A stretch of 58,423 nt of DNA, counting the filler, from Dugesia japonica (taxonomy: Eukaryota), in NCBI GenBank assembly GCA_001938525.1. It is 3 parts of 3 records of this genome, joined end to end, with 100 filler letters (N's around TTAATTAATTAA, not from the genome) between each part and the next. Parts side by side here need not be neighbours in the genome. Positions count along the whole stretch, not along the records: positions 1 to 24,656 come from MQRL01646720.1; 2 more parts are not named here. One strand, written 5' to 3'. How positions within the stretch are numbered: the stretch's first letter is position 1; the number at the start of each line of letters is the position of its first letter. Below the pieces are notes generated by a model that ran no database searches, had not been told where the DNA came from, and saw nothing but the letters and a program-made list of their open reading frames with translations. A program made the translations under genes and the position numbers. This document shows positions 1 to 14,194 of the stretch, one piece after another.

Positions 1-1460
1 TTGTTGTTTACATAAAAAGGCGTGAACGGTGATTGCGTCACTTCCGAGCTCGACCCTGCCTAACTACCTACTTCGGTGACAGTTATGAGTGAAAAATCTT
101 GGATCAAAATTGGAAAACCGTTGTTGTTGATGTGCAATATCCGATTAAAGAGAACATTTAATGAGGACGGAGAAAAACACTTGGGTATAGCAGAATTAAG
201 TTATCAGTGTAACAAGAAAGGCAGGAAAATTAAAGTCAAAATAGTTAGACATATCCACTCAGAATAAATATGTGGTATTGATACAATGCAAAGATTTGGA
301 ATGAAATTATCAGAAATAAATAAAATCAAAAATGAGAGTCTGAAGATAACACATTTGGATGAAAATAGAAAAAATAACGCGTTGAAATTATTTAAAGAAA
401 TTGATAACAGAAAAATGGTTTAGTTGATCTAGAATTTTGATGAGGTATTCATGGTTTCAAAGTTCGATGTTGGACATACAAGAAAAGTAATACATGAAAT
501 AAAAAATAAAGGAGATCTTTATGTTCATACGTACAAGATGGTTATTTCTGGCCAGGGATGCGTGAGACATTTAATAAAAGTATTAATAATTGCGAGATGT
601 GTGCTAAAAGAAAAGTAGTACAAATTTGTACAAAAGAAAAACTATTACCGTGGAGAAGCCAATTTTTTTTTGGAACAAATGGTAGTAGATATAGCATATA
701 AAGAACAGTGCATGTCTGGAAAAAAATTTATAGTGGTAATTATTGATCGTTTTAGTAAACAAGTCAGCTTATCTGCAGTTTCAATAATAGATGAAGAGAC
801 GATTTTTATGATAATTTTAAACAAATAGATATACCGTTTTGGTAAACCAAAATCCATTTAGACTGACAGAGGTAAAGTGTTTAAAAGTTAAGTGATGGCA
901 AAGAAACTAAGAAAATTTTGAATTGTACAAGAATTTAGCTTCCGGTATCAACACCAGTTGAATCGTTTAGTAGAACAGATGATCAAAACAATGAGGGACA
1001 TGATTACGACATCAATAAAAGGAAAATTTAATGAGAAAGATTGGGAGACATTATTACCGAGTATAATTTAGTATTAATGTTACAATACAAGAGTCAACAA
1101 AATTCTCACCTTTTGAAATCGGATTTAGTCGAAAGATAAATTTGCATACCAAAGCGCAAACGCTCTCAAGAGGAAAAACAGTCAGAAAAGAGATAGTGCG
1201 ACAGAATTTGGAGAAGACATCGCAGAAAATGGAAAATTTTGAGAAAGATGGGTTAGGACAAAGATACCTTAAGGTTGGATAGTGGGTATTAATCCGAAAC
1301 AAACAACACAAACAAAAGAAAAAAGTTTGCAATATAAATTGGCTATATCAGATAGTAAGATTTGTATCAGCACATTAAGTAGAAATTAAGTTTCCAAATA
1401 GTTTGTAAACCAGAAGAATAGAATGGTTAAAAAGATAGAAAACATTTTGAAGGAGGGGAG
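1..1460 (+). mobile_element. Degenerate Ty3/Gypsy LTR-retrotransposon internal region (protease-like segment, integrase Zn-binding and core, polypurine tract)
   Basis: Interrupted frames give GYFWPGMRE..NCEMC (integrase Zn finger, ~540-600), VIIDRFSK and IYRFGKPKSI*TDRGKVF (rve core, ~735-885). A purine tract GAAGGAGGGGAG lies at 1449-1460. Many stops and frameshifts. Confidence 0.85.
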
Positions 1461-1860
1461 AGTTATGGAAATTCGAAATAACGTTGTTTGAATAATACGA
1501 ATTACCGTTGTAATTTATATGTAATAAATATTCTAAACACTTAATTATTCTTCCAATATGAGAGAGGACAAATAAATTTTAAATATTGCTTTTAAGACAG
1601 AGCATACATTTAATGAAAAACAGATTTTAATGAAATTTACAATTTAAGCAAACTAATCAAAACTAATGTGAGCGGCATATCAATCTAGAGCAACCACTGA
1701 GCCTGATTAAAATCACCTTGGCAACCCAAATTAATAATTTATCTGTCTCCGATTACACACCAACATTAAAATCTATCTGCTTTTTTATTATTTATAAACA
1801 CACTAACATAATTAATATTTTTCTTCGATTCATTTGACACAAATATACGATACCATCACA
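1461..1860 (+). repeat. Probable 3' LTR of the Gypsy element
   Basis: Starts right after the PPT with AGTTATGG and ends CCATCACA (revcomp TGTGATGG), i.e. imperfect TG..CA inverted ends. Confidence 0.6.
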
Positions 1861-2199
1861 AATTAAATTTACATTGACTCGTTAACCATATTTTAATTAT
1901 TTTCATGTGTTCCCTCATGTCCTATTTATTTCTCATTGTCGAATAAATAAATTTCTGGATTGGAACCATTGCAATGTTTTTTAATAAATCCCTTTTTGCT
2001 TTTTAGTATCAATCAATTAAAAGTGGATTTATATAATAGGTTTTTTAGTAAAATTACAGGTATATATAAACAGTAGCCTAGCCAGGAATATATGAAGGGG
2101 GGTTTTAATTTTTTTTCAAAATCTTTGTTTTTGTTTACTAACATTAAACAACAAAGACGCCAAGTTTTAAATAATGACATCATTAGCTGATTATGGGAC

Positions 2200-3460
2200 A
2201 TTTGAAAAAAATAAATAATTAAAGTGTACTGAAACTACAGACAGGTGTAATAAAATTGCTAATTTTTTGAAGAATATTGAAAATAATCGCTGGAACTTGT
2301 TAAAAATAATCGTCGAACTATTACAATCGAAGAATTCCATCTTGTTTTGATATCCAATTTTAACTTCATTTTTCCCCTATTTTTTGAACTATATTTTGTT
2401 GCAAAATAGATTGCTTTAAAGATGATTTTTTAAACATTCTTATAACATCTCTTAACNNNTTAATAATTTGACCAAAATCAATACTCAATGTCATAACATC
2501 TTTATTTTCTTCAACTAACTCCAAATTGTTATCTGAAAACAGATCTTCTCTGAAATCTTCTTCTACATCATCTTCAATTTTATCATCAACAAAATTTTCT
2601 AAGTCGTCCAAGTCCAAAGCTTCATTAGGAGTAGAATTTATTGGTATTTAAAAACAGTCCATTACGGCTAAATGGAGTGCATGATTATGGCAAAGCTGAT
2701 TCAAAACATCTAATATTTTTCCGTTTTTTATATTACAGCTGCTGTGTTGTTAGTTGTTGCAATAACATTACTTTTAAAGAAATTCCAAAGTTTGCTAGCT
2801 TAGCTTCAAATGAATGTTTAATAGTTTCTTCATTTTCTGCTTAACTATTTTTGTTAAACCCAGTACATAGCATTTAACTTTATTTGATTCCATTCAAACT
2901 ACAGGAACTATTACGTTTACGTAACGTAAGATGGTGCAATTACTGTCCATGCATCCACAGAAATAGCAAATTTACGATTTGCTTTTTTAAATTTTACAAA
3001 TTTATTTCGCAGTTCAATACATTTTTCTTTATAAAAGCTGATGATGAATTTTTGAAATAGTTGTTGGACTTTTTGACATTTTATAACCTTTTTGTTGCAT
3101 CGACTGCTGCGACTTTTGACAATATTTAATCTAAAGACTGTTTTGTACAAAGTTCAAAACAGTACTTGTTTCAATTTTTGGCTTTTTCTGTGGAATATTA
3201 TTTTATTCATAATTTTCACTTTATACAAATTTAGATATGTTGTGTATATGTTGTGTATATATTGTATATATATTTATATGTTGTGTCGTAATTTCAAATG
3301 ATGTATCATAGGAGTGGTTGAAATTCTACACCCAACGTTTGCATTACAGGTCACACATGTGGCTTCACAAATTTTATTTTTTCCAAATATTCGAATATCA
3401 AATAGTCAATTAAGATACGAATATATTCGAATATCAAGTGTTTGAATATTCAGTTTGGAA
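2200..3460 (-). mobile_element. Degenerate hAT DNA transposon (ZBED1/Ac-like transposase fragments plus subterminal repeats)
   Basis: ORF 2917-3150 ends KFAISVDAWT (first catalytic Asp motif); ORF 2366-2617 has LRDVIRMFKKS. TATTCGAATA repeats at 3385-3450. Confidence 0.7.
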
Positions 3461-3489
3461 TCTCTCAGTTGCATCAAAAAATTTTAAAA

Positions 3490-4570
3490 AATTTATACGC
3501 TAAGAGGGGGGTTTAACCCCCTGCCTACACCTTTTCTTTTTATCAGTCAATTGGCATCGCTCGATTTTTCTACAATTCTCATTGGCTCAATTATTCAAAC
3601 CCTATCACATGATTTCTTCTCATTGGTCCAAAATTAATGGAATCTAATAGGCTGTTTTTAAAACCTCTGTAACTTTCCTTTTGGTTCTAGCTCGGATTTT
3701 CGAAATCTTTGACATTTTCTTGACCATGATTTTCTTATCCATAACGTTTTCCTTAACGGGAAGTCTTCGTTTTCTTCTATTTTTGTTTTTCTTGTAAAAT
3801 AAATTCTTTTTTATAATAAATCATTTTAATTTACGTGATTTATTTTGTTTAATAAATTAATTGTTTATTTTTATTTTCTTCTCAATTACTTCATTAATTA
3901 GGTTGTCATTTCTCGATTCCAAGCTAAAAATTAATTTAATATAGGCATTTCTTTCCATAAATAATTTATTTCTTCCATCTTTAATTATTAATTTAATTTT
4001 TCATATTCTTATTAATAAATTGTTTGCTGTTTCTTTATTTTCTCAGTCTGCTGGTGTCTTCTGTCATTTCCTTTCTTCTTTGATTTTCTCATTTCCTAGT
4101 TGCTTCCTTTCTGTTTCAAGATTGCGCCAGTTATTACCCATATTTTAATTCCCTATTATTGGTTTCCCTGTAGTTACTTCTTTCTTTAACTAATCTTTGA
4201 CCTTCTATTTTCTGTATTCTTAACTTCTTTTTATGATATCCTCTTCTTTGATTTTTTCTTCACCTGTCGCTATTATTTTTATACCAGGTGTTTTACCCCA
4301 ACATTTATAATAAATATATGCTCGATTCAAGTTAATCTCTATAAAGAAAATCACGATACCATTATTATTCTTACATTCCAAACAAGCTCAATCTATTTCT
4401 TCAACGCCTAACGTATGTGTGAAACGTCACATTTTATTAAAATTAAAACATTTAATGTTTAACAATCGAAATACCCAATTTCGATGCTTACCTCCACACA
4501 CAAATTAAACTATTATTTCGATTTATCGTAAAAGTCACATCGTCATATCTATGACAACCTCTTCCCCCGA
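3490..4570 (-). mobile_element. Possible LTR-retroelement remnant (PPT followed by TG-start LTR, then decayed K/E-rich gag-like sequence)
   Basis: Minus strand GGGGGAAGAGGT-TGTCATAG at ~4550-4568. No diagnostic protein motif recovered. Confidence 0.3.
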
Positions 4571-4937
4571 TTTTCTTGACATAATTATGTTAAAACATGT
4601 ACTAAAATATCTAATGGAGACGTAATAATTTTTGCAATTCTTCGAAAAATATAGCGTAACATAACTTCACTATGAATACATTGATGCATATTTTTGTTTT
4701 TCATGATTCGTATTAAAGAAACCGAAAAATGATCATCAGACAAAATTGTCGATTAGAAATTTTCGATAAAAAAAAAACAAGACAAAATATAATTGAAAAT
4801 AAAACCGTATTTTATTTCATTTTACAAATCACCGATAAAAATAGCATAAGCATTTATATCTATAGCAGCAAACATTCAAATTTGGTTAACGAAATAAGAA
4901 CAAATTCATTACACAAATCATAAAAACTCAAACAGAA

Positions 4938-5686
4938 TTAATCGGGAATAGAAGGCACAATTTTCTGTGCCTTGAAATTATAATCTATATGGACTTGGTT
5001 TTTTGGATTTTCCGGTGATTTTTCGAACTCCTTTGATAAAAGTTGTTTCAATTGATTAAATCTTAATCCAGGATTTTCGATTTTTAATTCTGGCATACGT
5101 TTTTCTTCGTATGCCAAATAAGCTGCTTTAACTCTCTTTTCCGTATGTCTGTCAGGTTTGTCTTCAACACTAAATACAGTTAAAATACTATTTCCCCCTC
5201 TAAAAAAAATAATTACTTTAAAATTTTAAGGGCTTCGTCTATATTTCTAGCCTCATCTCCATCGATTATATTTCTATTAATATTTTCAGGAATTGATTCT
5301 TCAACTTCTTTCTTTTTAATACCTGCTGCATCATTTTGCTTCTTTTTGATTTCCTCTAATTGATAATGGGTAACTTTAGGAGCGGTTTCTCTTTTAACTA
5401 TAATTTCGTCCATTTCTTTGTCATGTAAAGTTTGAAGTTCCTTTTTCTTTTCAAGCTGCTGTAAACGTTTCCCCTCTTTATCTTCCTATAATGTAAATTG
5501 TTAAAGCATTAATTCAAATATCAATTTAACTTTGCGTTGGAGTTTTTTATTAATATGTTTGTCATCATCTTTCCAAAATTCATCTTCAACTTGTTTTTGT
5601 TTAGCTTCACTTTCTGACCTTTTCTTTTCATCTTTTCTGGCTTTAGCTTCAACAGCTTTACTATTTGTACCCATCTTTTTAGGCAT
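4938..5686 (-). CDS. CCDC124: Coiled-coil domain-containing protein 124 (Lso2/Oxs1 family), 3 exons: 5686-5531, 5485-5217, 5169-4938; 218 aa
   Basis: N-terminus MPKKMGTNSKAVEAKARK..EDEFWKDDDK; C-terminus DRHTEKRVKAAYLAYEEKRMPELKIENPGLRFNQLKQLLSKEFEKSPENPKNQ. GT-AG introns of 45 and 47 nt keep the frame to the TAA stop. Confidence 0.95.
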
Positions 5687-6419
5687 TATTACAAAATTAT
5701 TTCTTAATTTTACACTGAAAAGGAGATGTTGAAATTTTTATTTTCAAAAAGAATTAAGAACATATATTAAAACAAATAGCGTAATTTTAATTTTAATATA
5801 AAATTACTGAACATTAAATTGTTTATTTTCAATAAGTTTTATTTATGATTCCACCCATTAATAAAATAAACAGAAATAATTAATTTTTAATTTATTTTAG
5901 ATACTTTGTAAGATATTTTAAGAATATTTTAACATGCTCAAATTATTATTTAATAATAAATTATAACTAATAAAGTCATTTCAATAATAATTAGACTCTT
6001 TATTAAGGAAATCACTGCTTCTCTATTATTCTTACATTATAATTGATCACGATAATCATAACACATATTCTTAAACAACGTTGATGCATGCAGCACACTA
6101 ACAGGTCTGTTGTACATAACCGAATGTAATTCCAAATGATATTTAACAACATCAGTTAATGCCTGNNNNNNNNNNNNNNNNNNNNNNNNNNNNNNNNNNN
6201 NNNNNNNNNNNNNNNAAATAAACAGAAATAATTAATTTTTAATTTATTTTAGATACTTTGTAAGATATTTTAAGAATATTTTAACATGCTCAAATTATTA
6301 TTTAATAATAAATTATAACTAATAAAGTCATTTCAATAATAATTAGACTCTTTATTAAGGAAATCACTGCTTCTCTATTATTCTTACATTCAACATATTA
6401 ATTCATTAATAAGCACATA

Positions 6420-7990
6420 AATATATTCGCATTTTATTACTAAAGAATCCTGTTGTCTATAAAAATGTTCCTTGAATCATATTGTTATATTTCAAGAAGA
6501 AAAGTAAATAAACTCATTGAGGAAGTTATTATGGTATATGGATAAAAAGGACTAAATGATAAGGGAAATAAATTTAGAGAATTAAAAAAATCTGTGCTGA
6601 AAATGGAATGAAAATTTATCAAAACTAAAAAGTCTAATTATATTTCTAATTCTAGCTGATGAATATACTATTGGTAGTAGTTATGAAATAAAATAACATT
6701 TTAAAAATAATAATAAAATAACATTATGAAATAAAAAATAACATTTTATTTCAAAGATATCAAATTTTAAATCACTAACATAAGATTTAAACTTTTTCTA
6801 TAAATAATCTGTGGCATTATTAAACTTTTCAGGAAATTTTTTAATACATCACTCATATTAAATTTCACCTCTTGAGATATTTCCGACTTCATGTTTAATT
6901 TTTTCTGTAAACCCTAAAATTTCGAATGAATAAATAATATTAATTAACCAAAAACTTTCATGGCTAATGTATACTTTTTTCTTTACAAACCTGGACCAAT
7001 TATTTTTCTTCACTTTTCAAACAACTGTGTTAGTAAATTAGGAGCACAAAATTATCAAATTAGAAATCATAATAAAAATAAATAAATCATTACACTGATA
7101 ACCTTGCAATAAAATACAAGCGACTAAAGAAAGGCAAGAAAGAAGTTTTAAGATTGACAGAGACTCTCGCTCCTAGTTGATAAGTCAGAAAATAACAGTG
7201 GTTTCTTAAAATCAATTAGTATTAGGTGAAATCCTGCCCGAAATTGTGCATTAGTAAAAATCCACTTATATTAGGCGGAACGTTTCCCAGAAATTTTTAC
7301 GATCATGCCCTATAGGATGGGGTTTAGATTTCATAACTCCAATAACTTCCAGGAAAGTTAATATGAAAAATTCAAATTTGATTTCTAAGCAGCTGAATAC
7401 TGCAGGTAGTTAATCAAGATAAAATTAATCTCTTAACAAGTTCTAATTTAGCGGCTAATTTGACAAAGTTGATAAATTTTAGAAATCATAATTGAAACGC
7501 AGCCAACCAAAATGAAAAAATAAAATAAAATCACTCATAAAGCAACAGATAATTTTCTTTTAAGTAATATGAAGAATTTCCTCTGGTTTGGTCAAAAAAG
7601 CTGTCTTTTCTTGAGAATCTTCACTGAATTCCACTTGGGACTATGCATTTCCCAAGTCTATTGAGCTAAAATAATGTGCACCTTCCAAAGCACATAGCAT
7701 TTTGTCCACATTTGGCATAGGAAAAGCTTGTCTTTCTGTTATTGTATTGAGCTGTCTAAAGTCTAAGCATAATTGCATATTCTTTTTTTCCTTTTTCCAA
7801 AAGCAGATTATTGGCGTATTTCATTGAGAAATTCACTTCCTGATTATACCGTTATCATACAGATTCTTGGTGGCCTCTTCAATCTTTTCCTTTAGATTCA
7901 TTGGTTGGCGATACGGTTTTATGTTGATTGGACTTCCTTTCGTAGTAGGTAGATACGTTAGCACTGGAACACTTGCATTTGTCTGGTCGG
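6420..7990 (-). mobile_element. Degenerate Ty3/Gypsy pol remnant (RT N-terminus, integrase C-terminal traces)
   Basis: PINIKPYRQPMNLKEKIEE..GIIRK, then LCLDFRQLNTITERQAFPMPNVDKML (~7690-7780). Downstream sequence is heavily decayed. Confidence 0.8.
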
Positions 7991-7999
7991 GGGGGGGGT

Positions 8000-8160
8000 C
8001 ATGTTCTTTAATTTTTTGTTCGTCAAATTTTTGTTCTTTAATTTTTTTGTTCTTCAAATTTTTTGTGTTTAAAATTTTTTGTTCTTCCAATTTTTTGTTC
8101 TTCTATTTTTTGTTCTTCAAATTTTTTGTTCTTAAACCTTTTGTTCTTCAACCTTTTTTG
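8000..8160. repeat. Minisatellite, ~15-16 bp unit TTTTTTGTTCTTCAA
   Basis: About 9-10 imperfect tandem copies. Confidence 0.85.
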
Positions 8161-8289
8161 GTTGTTTTAAAAAACACCAACTAAATGCACTGTTTCAGTG
8201 TTTACGTATCTACCTACTATACATTTTTATGAAAAGATAATATAGTAGGTAGATATGTAGCATTGGAACAGTTGCATTTATCTGGGTGA

Positions 8290-9310
8290 AAAATGGTACA
8301 TTGGTTCAATATTTCCTCGGTATTGCTTGGTTTGGATAATTGTTGGGTGAATTGGTTCAATATTTCCTCGGGATTGGTAACTTTTAGGTAATTTAGATAA
8401 AATTGGTTGAAAATTTCCTAAGATTTGGGTAATTTTTGGTTGAGTTGGTTAAATTTTTCCTCGATTTGGGTAAATTTTGGGTGATTTAGAAGAAATTGGT
8501 TTAAATTTTTCTCGGTGAGGTCGAATGAGGTCGATTTTTGGTTGGTCTAGGTGAATTTACTTACTTATTTTCAAGGGATTTCTTGGTTTGGGTAATTTTT
8601 GGGCGTTTTGGTCAAAGTTTTTCTCGGGATTGGTAATTTTTGAATGATTTAGGTGAAATTGGTTGAAAATTTCCTTGGTGAGGTCGAAAAAGGTCGATTT
8701 TAGATTGATTCAGGTGAATTTAATCAAATATTTTCTCAGGACTGGAAAGATGTTGGTAATTTTGTGTACGATTTGGTCAATATTTGATTGGTTCAGGTTA
8801 ATTTGGTCGAATATTTCCTCGGATTTGATCAATTTGGGCAAACTTGATCGGTTTTAGGTTATTTTAGGGTGATTTGATTGAATATTTACTCAGGATTGGT
8901 CAATTTTGGTAATTTTTTTATTGGTTTTAGGTGATTTTTGTCCTAACTTTCTTCGGTGAGGTCAAATAAGGAAAATATTTAGTTGGTTCAGATGAATTTC
9001 GTACAATATTTTCTCATGATTGCCCGATTTGGGTAATTTTTTGATGAATTGGTCGAATTTTCTCACGGGATTGGTAATTTTTGGGGAGAATTGGTCGAAG
9101 ATTTCCTCGAGAATAGAATATTTTGGTAATTTTTAGGTTAATTTGGTAAATTATTTCGTCAGGAATGGTTAATTTGGTCGGTTTTGGATAATTCGGTCAA
9201 TTATTTACTCNNNNNNNNNNNNNNNNNNNNNNNNNNNNNNNNNNNNNNNNNNTTTGGTCGGTTTTGGACGATTTGGGCAATTATTTCCTCACAACGGTAA
9301 ATTTTAGGAG
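8290..9310. repeat. Degenerate T/G-rich tandem repeat (TTGGTCGAATATTTCCTCGGGATTGGTAATTTT-like units)
   Basis: Recurring TTGGT(C/T)GAA..ATTTCCTCGGGATTGG motifs every ~40-60 bp. Confidence 0.75.
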
Positions 9311-11879
9311 AATTTGAATAATAATTTTTTCGGTCTGGCTTGTTTCGATTGAATTTTAAGGAAATTCATGTGAAAAGTTGAATTTATTTAAATTTTCAAG
9401 TTTTTAAAACTTTTTTATGGGAATTTTTTATGGAATCCGGACAAATTGTTCATGTTGTTTAAATAATATGAAAATTTAAAATTTTTTAAATGAAATTTTT
9501 ATGGGAGTCTGGGCGAACAGTCTAAATTTTTGAGAAAATATGTTTTATATCTTAGATTTAAAAGATTTTTATACCAAACAGCTGATAATTTTACGGTGAT
9601 TATTTTACACAAATAAAAATTTTTCGAAAATATTTTTCTTCTTAATCAAGTTAAAAAAGTATTTATTCGATAGAGAAAGTTTCGCTGATTCTAAATATGT
9701 TAACCTAAAATCACCAAATTTAATATTCGATAAAATAAATGGGGTTTTGTGATGAAAAAATCTCAAATTTTGAACTTTTATACTCAATTTTCTCTGTGTA
9801 CATAACTCTTATGTTTTCAAAATTGGTATTATTTTACTCAAGAGGAAAAAGTTACTGTACAAAGCTAAAATTTAGTCTCGGGAAAAATGCTTCCCAACGA
9901 ATATGTACAGCCGCCTTACGGGATTTGGTGACATTTTTCGAAAGTATCAAAAGTACCTCAAAATTTATCGAAATTGATACTATTGGATGGGAAATTTTAC
10001 GGTAAATACAAATAACATGGTTAAAAGTCACATTATAGATAAAAAGTTATATTGAAACAACAAGTATTTAATATGGGAATCCGTGAGAACATATAAAAAT
10101 AAGATGNNNNNNNNNNNNNNNNNNNNNNNNNNNNNNNNNNNNNNNNNNNNNNNNNNNNNNNNNNNNNNNNNNNNNNNNNNNCTTCATTGGTCTTTAGTCA
10201 TCAATGTTCTGTCAACTATGCTCTGCTTACTAGATTCCAGTCATCATTGCTCTGCTCCCTAGATTTTAATACTCTGGGATCTGACCAGATTTCTATTATC
10301 AATGCTTTGTCCACTAGATTTCAGTTATCAGTGCTTTTGCTTACTGCGCACTGATTTTTAGTTATCAATAATTTTCTCACTCTTTTCAGGTCTTTACTCT
10401 TCACTAGTGGTAAACGCACTGTTTAATTATTATTTAATTATTTATTTCGTTCTAAATTTTTTACTTTTAATTTGAAATTAAAATATATCCGTGTATTTTT
10501 AATAAATTGTTCTATTTTTTATTGTAACAATCTAATTAATGATATGAATTTTTATTAAGATTAAATCAATGAAATTATTTGTAACTATATATTGAAAATA
10601 ATCCAAATAATATTGATTGAATAAATTAAGTATGATGAATTGATTAATTTTCAATGTGAAATTTAATTCAAACTATGCTTTTGTTGGTAAATTGAATTAT
10701 GTTTTGAATAAATTTTAAAAGGTAATTTTGAAAATAAATTAGATTCCATGTACATAGTTTCATGGCTAAATTAAAATCATAATAGCAAATATATTAGGTT
10801 TTGAAAATTTTGAAATAATTTGTAACTATTTTTTGAAAATATTGCAAATAATATTGATTGATTAAATTAAGTATGATGTATTTAATAATTTTCAAATAGT
10901 TATCAGAAAAGTACCTAAAACTTTTATTTTAAGTGTAAAATACAATAATTTTAGACATTTTAAATAAGAAGTGAATATTTAAGCTTTTTCATAAATAGAT
11001 GCTTTTTGTTGGTACCACTTTATAAATTTAAACTTTTACAATTATATAGAGGAAAACCTTTATTATTTATGGTTTCACATTCAGTAAATACTAAAATAAA
11101 TAAGGATTATTTTTTATTTTTTAATTAAGATATTTCAATTTATTAAAGTTATATTTAAAATTTTGTATATGTTATTCTAAATTTTAATTGATTGAATAAA
11201 ATTTCTTTGAAAATTTAATTAATTAATTTTTAAAGGTAAATATTAGGTTCATGAANNNNNNNNNNNNNNNNNNNNNNNNNAAAGAATAGATTTATAATAC
11301 AAGTATATGATTAATTGGTTAATAAAGCACATTAGAAGGTCTATTGTCAAAGGAAATTTCTATATTACGTTAAAAATATGTGAAGAAATAACCGGTTATA
11401 GGTTGCTGAGTATATATTTAGTATGAAATATAGAGTTGACTATACGAAATAAACGAGGAACAGATTAAACCATCAACTGAATAATCAATAGGTAAATGAT
11501 GATAACGAGTATTCTGTATGTTAAGAGCTGTTGGTAGCGAGTATTGTGTTGATATAGATGTTGTNNNNNNNNNNNNNNNNNNNNNNNNNNNNNNNNNNNN
11601 NNNNNNNNNNNNNNNNNNNNNNNNNNNNNNNNNNNNNNNNNNNNNNNNNNNNNNNNNNNNNNNNNNNNNNNNNNNNNNNNNNNNNNNNNNNNNNNNNNNN
11701 NNNNNNNNNNNNNNNNNNNNNNNNNNNNNNNNNNNNNNNNNNNNNNNNNNNNNNNNNNNNNNNNNNNNNNNNNNNNNNNNNNNNNNAAGTAATTATATGA
11801 ATACATTAGTGAGTCATGAAACTTGTTTGCATTAGAATCAATAATTTTCATTTATTCATTTTCTTGAGTTATATTAGAA

Positions 11880-13110
11880 TGTCGAGTGAGTGGCATTCAT
11901 ATTGCACTATTCTCATACTTCGATGCTTCGTTAAATGTGTGCATCCAATTTCCCATTTATCCGCCATAAATACATCCTTATTATTCTAAATAATCGCAGT
12001 TAATCTATGATCTTTGTTAACTTCCAGAATCTCGATTGCATGTTTCAATCGTTCACCCGTCTGTATCTGCCTTCCAAATTTTGCCTCGATGTTGCAAACA
12101 AATTTCTCTCCATGATTATTGATTTCTACCCTGCAATGTTTTAGAAGATGATACTCAAAAATATTCTGAAATTTCACTCCACCAATTAGATCTGGTATTA
12201 GTTTCTCTACTATTATAAATGTTACTTCCTTGCACCTCAGAAACTACATCTTTGACACATATCTTTAAAATTTTCTCCAATGAGCAATTATTTGCGTAAT
12301 GCCATCGTTCCTCGCTTGTCTCTAACATTGTTTCTCCGAGTCTACTAAATCCTTTCATTCATATTACATTTATTCTTGCTCCTGTATCTAACAAGCAATC
12401 AAAATTTACACCCTTTATCATCACTGAAATGCTTGGTCTCCCTTGAATTTTATCATACAAAATTTCTACGTTCTGTTTCTCTTAATTTGTTCTTATCAAT
12501 TCTGTTTTGTTTACTTCCTCATCATTGAAACTTTCTCTTTTTAGGAATCTGTAATTTATTTCTTCCACTTTACTCATCTCATCTCATTTCTCGGACTCTT
12601 GAGGATATTCAAATAGTATTTCGTTTAATGAATGACTCTGACCAACTCCTCTACTGATAGAGCCGTGCATTTTGGGTATTCTCTTCTCGGATCTTCATTT
12701 TCTAATATGCTCTCAGAAAATATATCTTCATTCTCATCATCATCGTCTTCTCGAATTGCATGGATTGGTTTGGTCCGACTCCAATCTTTTGTTTGTTGTA
12801 CGCTTTTAAAATTGTATCTTCTGTCTTCTAGTCTATATTTACTAATGTTCGAATAACACTCTTCCGCTCCGTTACCCGGTCTTTTACATACCACATACGA
12901 TTTCTGTGCACATTCGTCTGATATGACCAATCTTACCACACCCAAAACATTTTGGTGGTTTCTTGTCTGGGCAATTTCTACTTAAATTACACATGAGAAT
13001 ATTTTTGGACACTATCTTTTTGTATGCCCATATCTCTGGCATGTCCAACACTGTGATCTTGCAACTTCGCGTTCTTTTGGTGTAGTTCTGTACGTTTGTC
13101 TCTTTACATT
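11880..13110 (-). mobile_element. Degenerate Ty3/Gypsy gag-protease remnant
   Basis: Zinc knuckle QCWTCQRYGH (~13025-13055) and aspartic protease CLLDTGARINV (~12367-12399); stops and frameshifts. Confidence 0.85.
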
Positions 13111-13199
13111 TTATTTATTTAATTCATTCTGATGAGTTAATGTGATTGAAGAATTAAAAATTAGTTCCCAGATGGTGGTAGTACCTCGAATAAATTTAT

Positions 13200-14150
13200 A
13201 TGAAACTTATTCTCCAAATAAAATTAGGATCACCATGATTGCAGTCAATTTTACGATTATCAGTTGACATCTTGAGATAATTACTTTTCATTTTGAGAAC
13301 TGAATGAATAACAATGATGGATGTGATTCAATGTATTACCCAATAAAATTGTCTGATATCATAAAGTTTATTTTGATTTATTTGGGGTAATAAGAGAGCG
13401 TGGGTAANTGCAATCAATCTAGAGCTTCTATCGCTCAGCAAATAAAAATGAAAAGGAAATAGATGCGCAGCAACAGTTAATGATGAGTCACTGACGCTGC
13501 CGAACCTTCAATACAAGAAATAAAGATTCACCTCTAGTGCCAGTTTCCTAATTTTTGACAAAAAGCAATTACTGGCATATTCTTTTATGTATCGAACATA
13601 TGCCAAAAGAAATGCACTATTACCAAATAGTGTTGACTCATCTAATTGTAAAGAAAAGGAAAATCTTTGTAAAAACTCACAGAGAAAAGTCAACATCTTG
13701 AGCCATCTTATAAATTCCTTTTTGAACTGCACTATTGTTCTGGGGTACTTTCTTAATAATGCATGAAGCCGGCTTGTGTGTCACTGTATTAATTACCTCA
13801 CAAATCGCAGGAAAAATGAATTCGTCACTGATACTATGAGGGTTTTCAGTTTTAGCAATCAATAACGATATATTATGAGACACGTAATCCATCACTATCT
13901 TGTTTTGGCCAAGTTGAAAATAGATCCTTCAACTTAGGTTGGTTAACATATTTTCTTTTAAGTTCTTAAAAATAAGAAACATCTTTATATTCTAAATTAC
14001 TGTGAAATTTTGTCAAATGCTCTGTAATTTTGACGGTTTCATAGAGCTATTTAATAATAAAAGGTCATTTTTGATCTTCTCACGATGCTATAAATCCATG
14101 CCTAAGACATTTAATGCTATACTGTCTACTTTTTTTTTGTTCTATCATTT
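13200..14150 (-). mobile_element. Degenerate hAT (Buster/Charlie, ZBED8/SCAND3-like) transposase
   Basis: IAKTENPHSISDEFIFPA, FSLQLDEST and LLAYVRY; frameshifted. Confidence 0.85.
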
Positions 14151-14194
14151 TGGAGCTAAAAAAATTTTAAAATAGAAAATTACGTAAAAGTACT

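Noticed and set aside
5865-6390. ~170-bp direct duplication flanking a gap
   Set aside because: Identical sequence on either side of N's is most likely contig overlap or a haplotype artefact; the same applies around 53445-53494 and 56220-56269.
11465-11851. ORFs made mostly of X (also 18799-19125 and 29413-29775)
   Set aside because: Read-through of N gaps.
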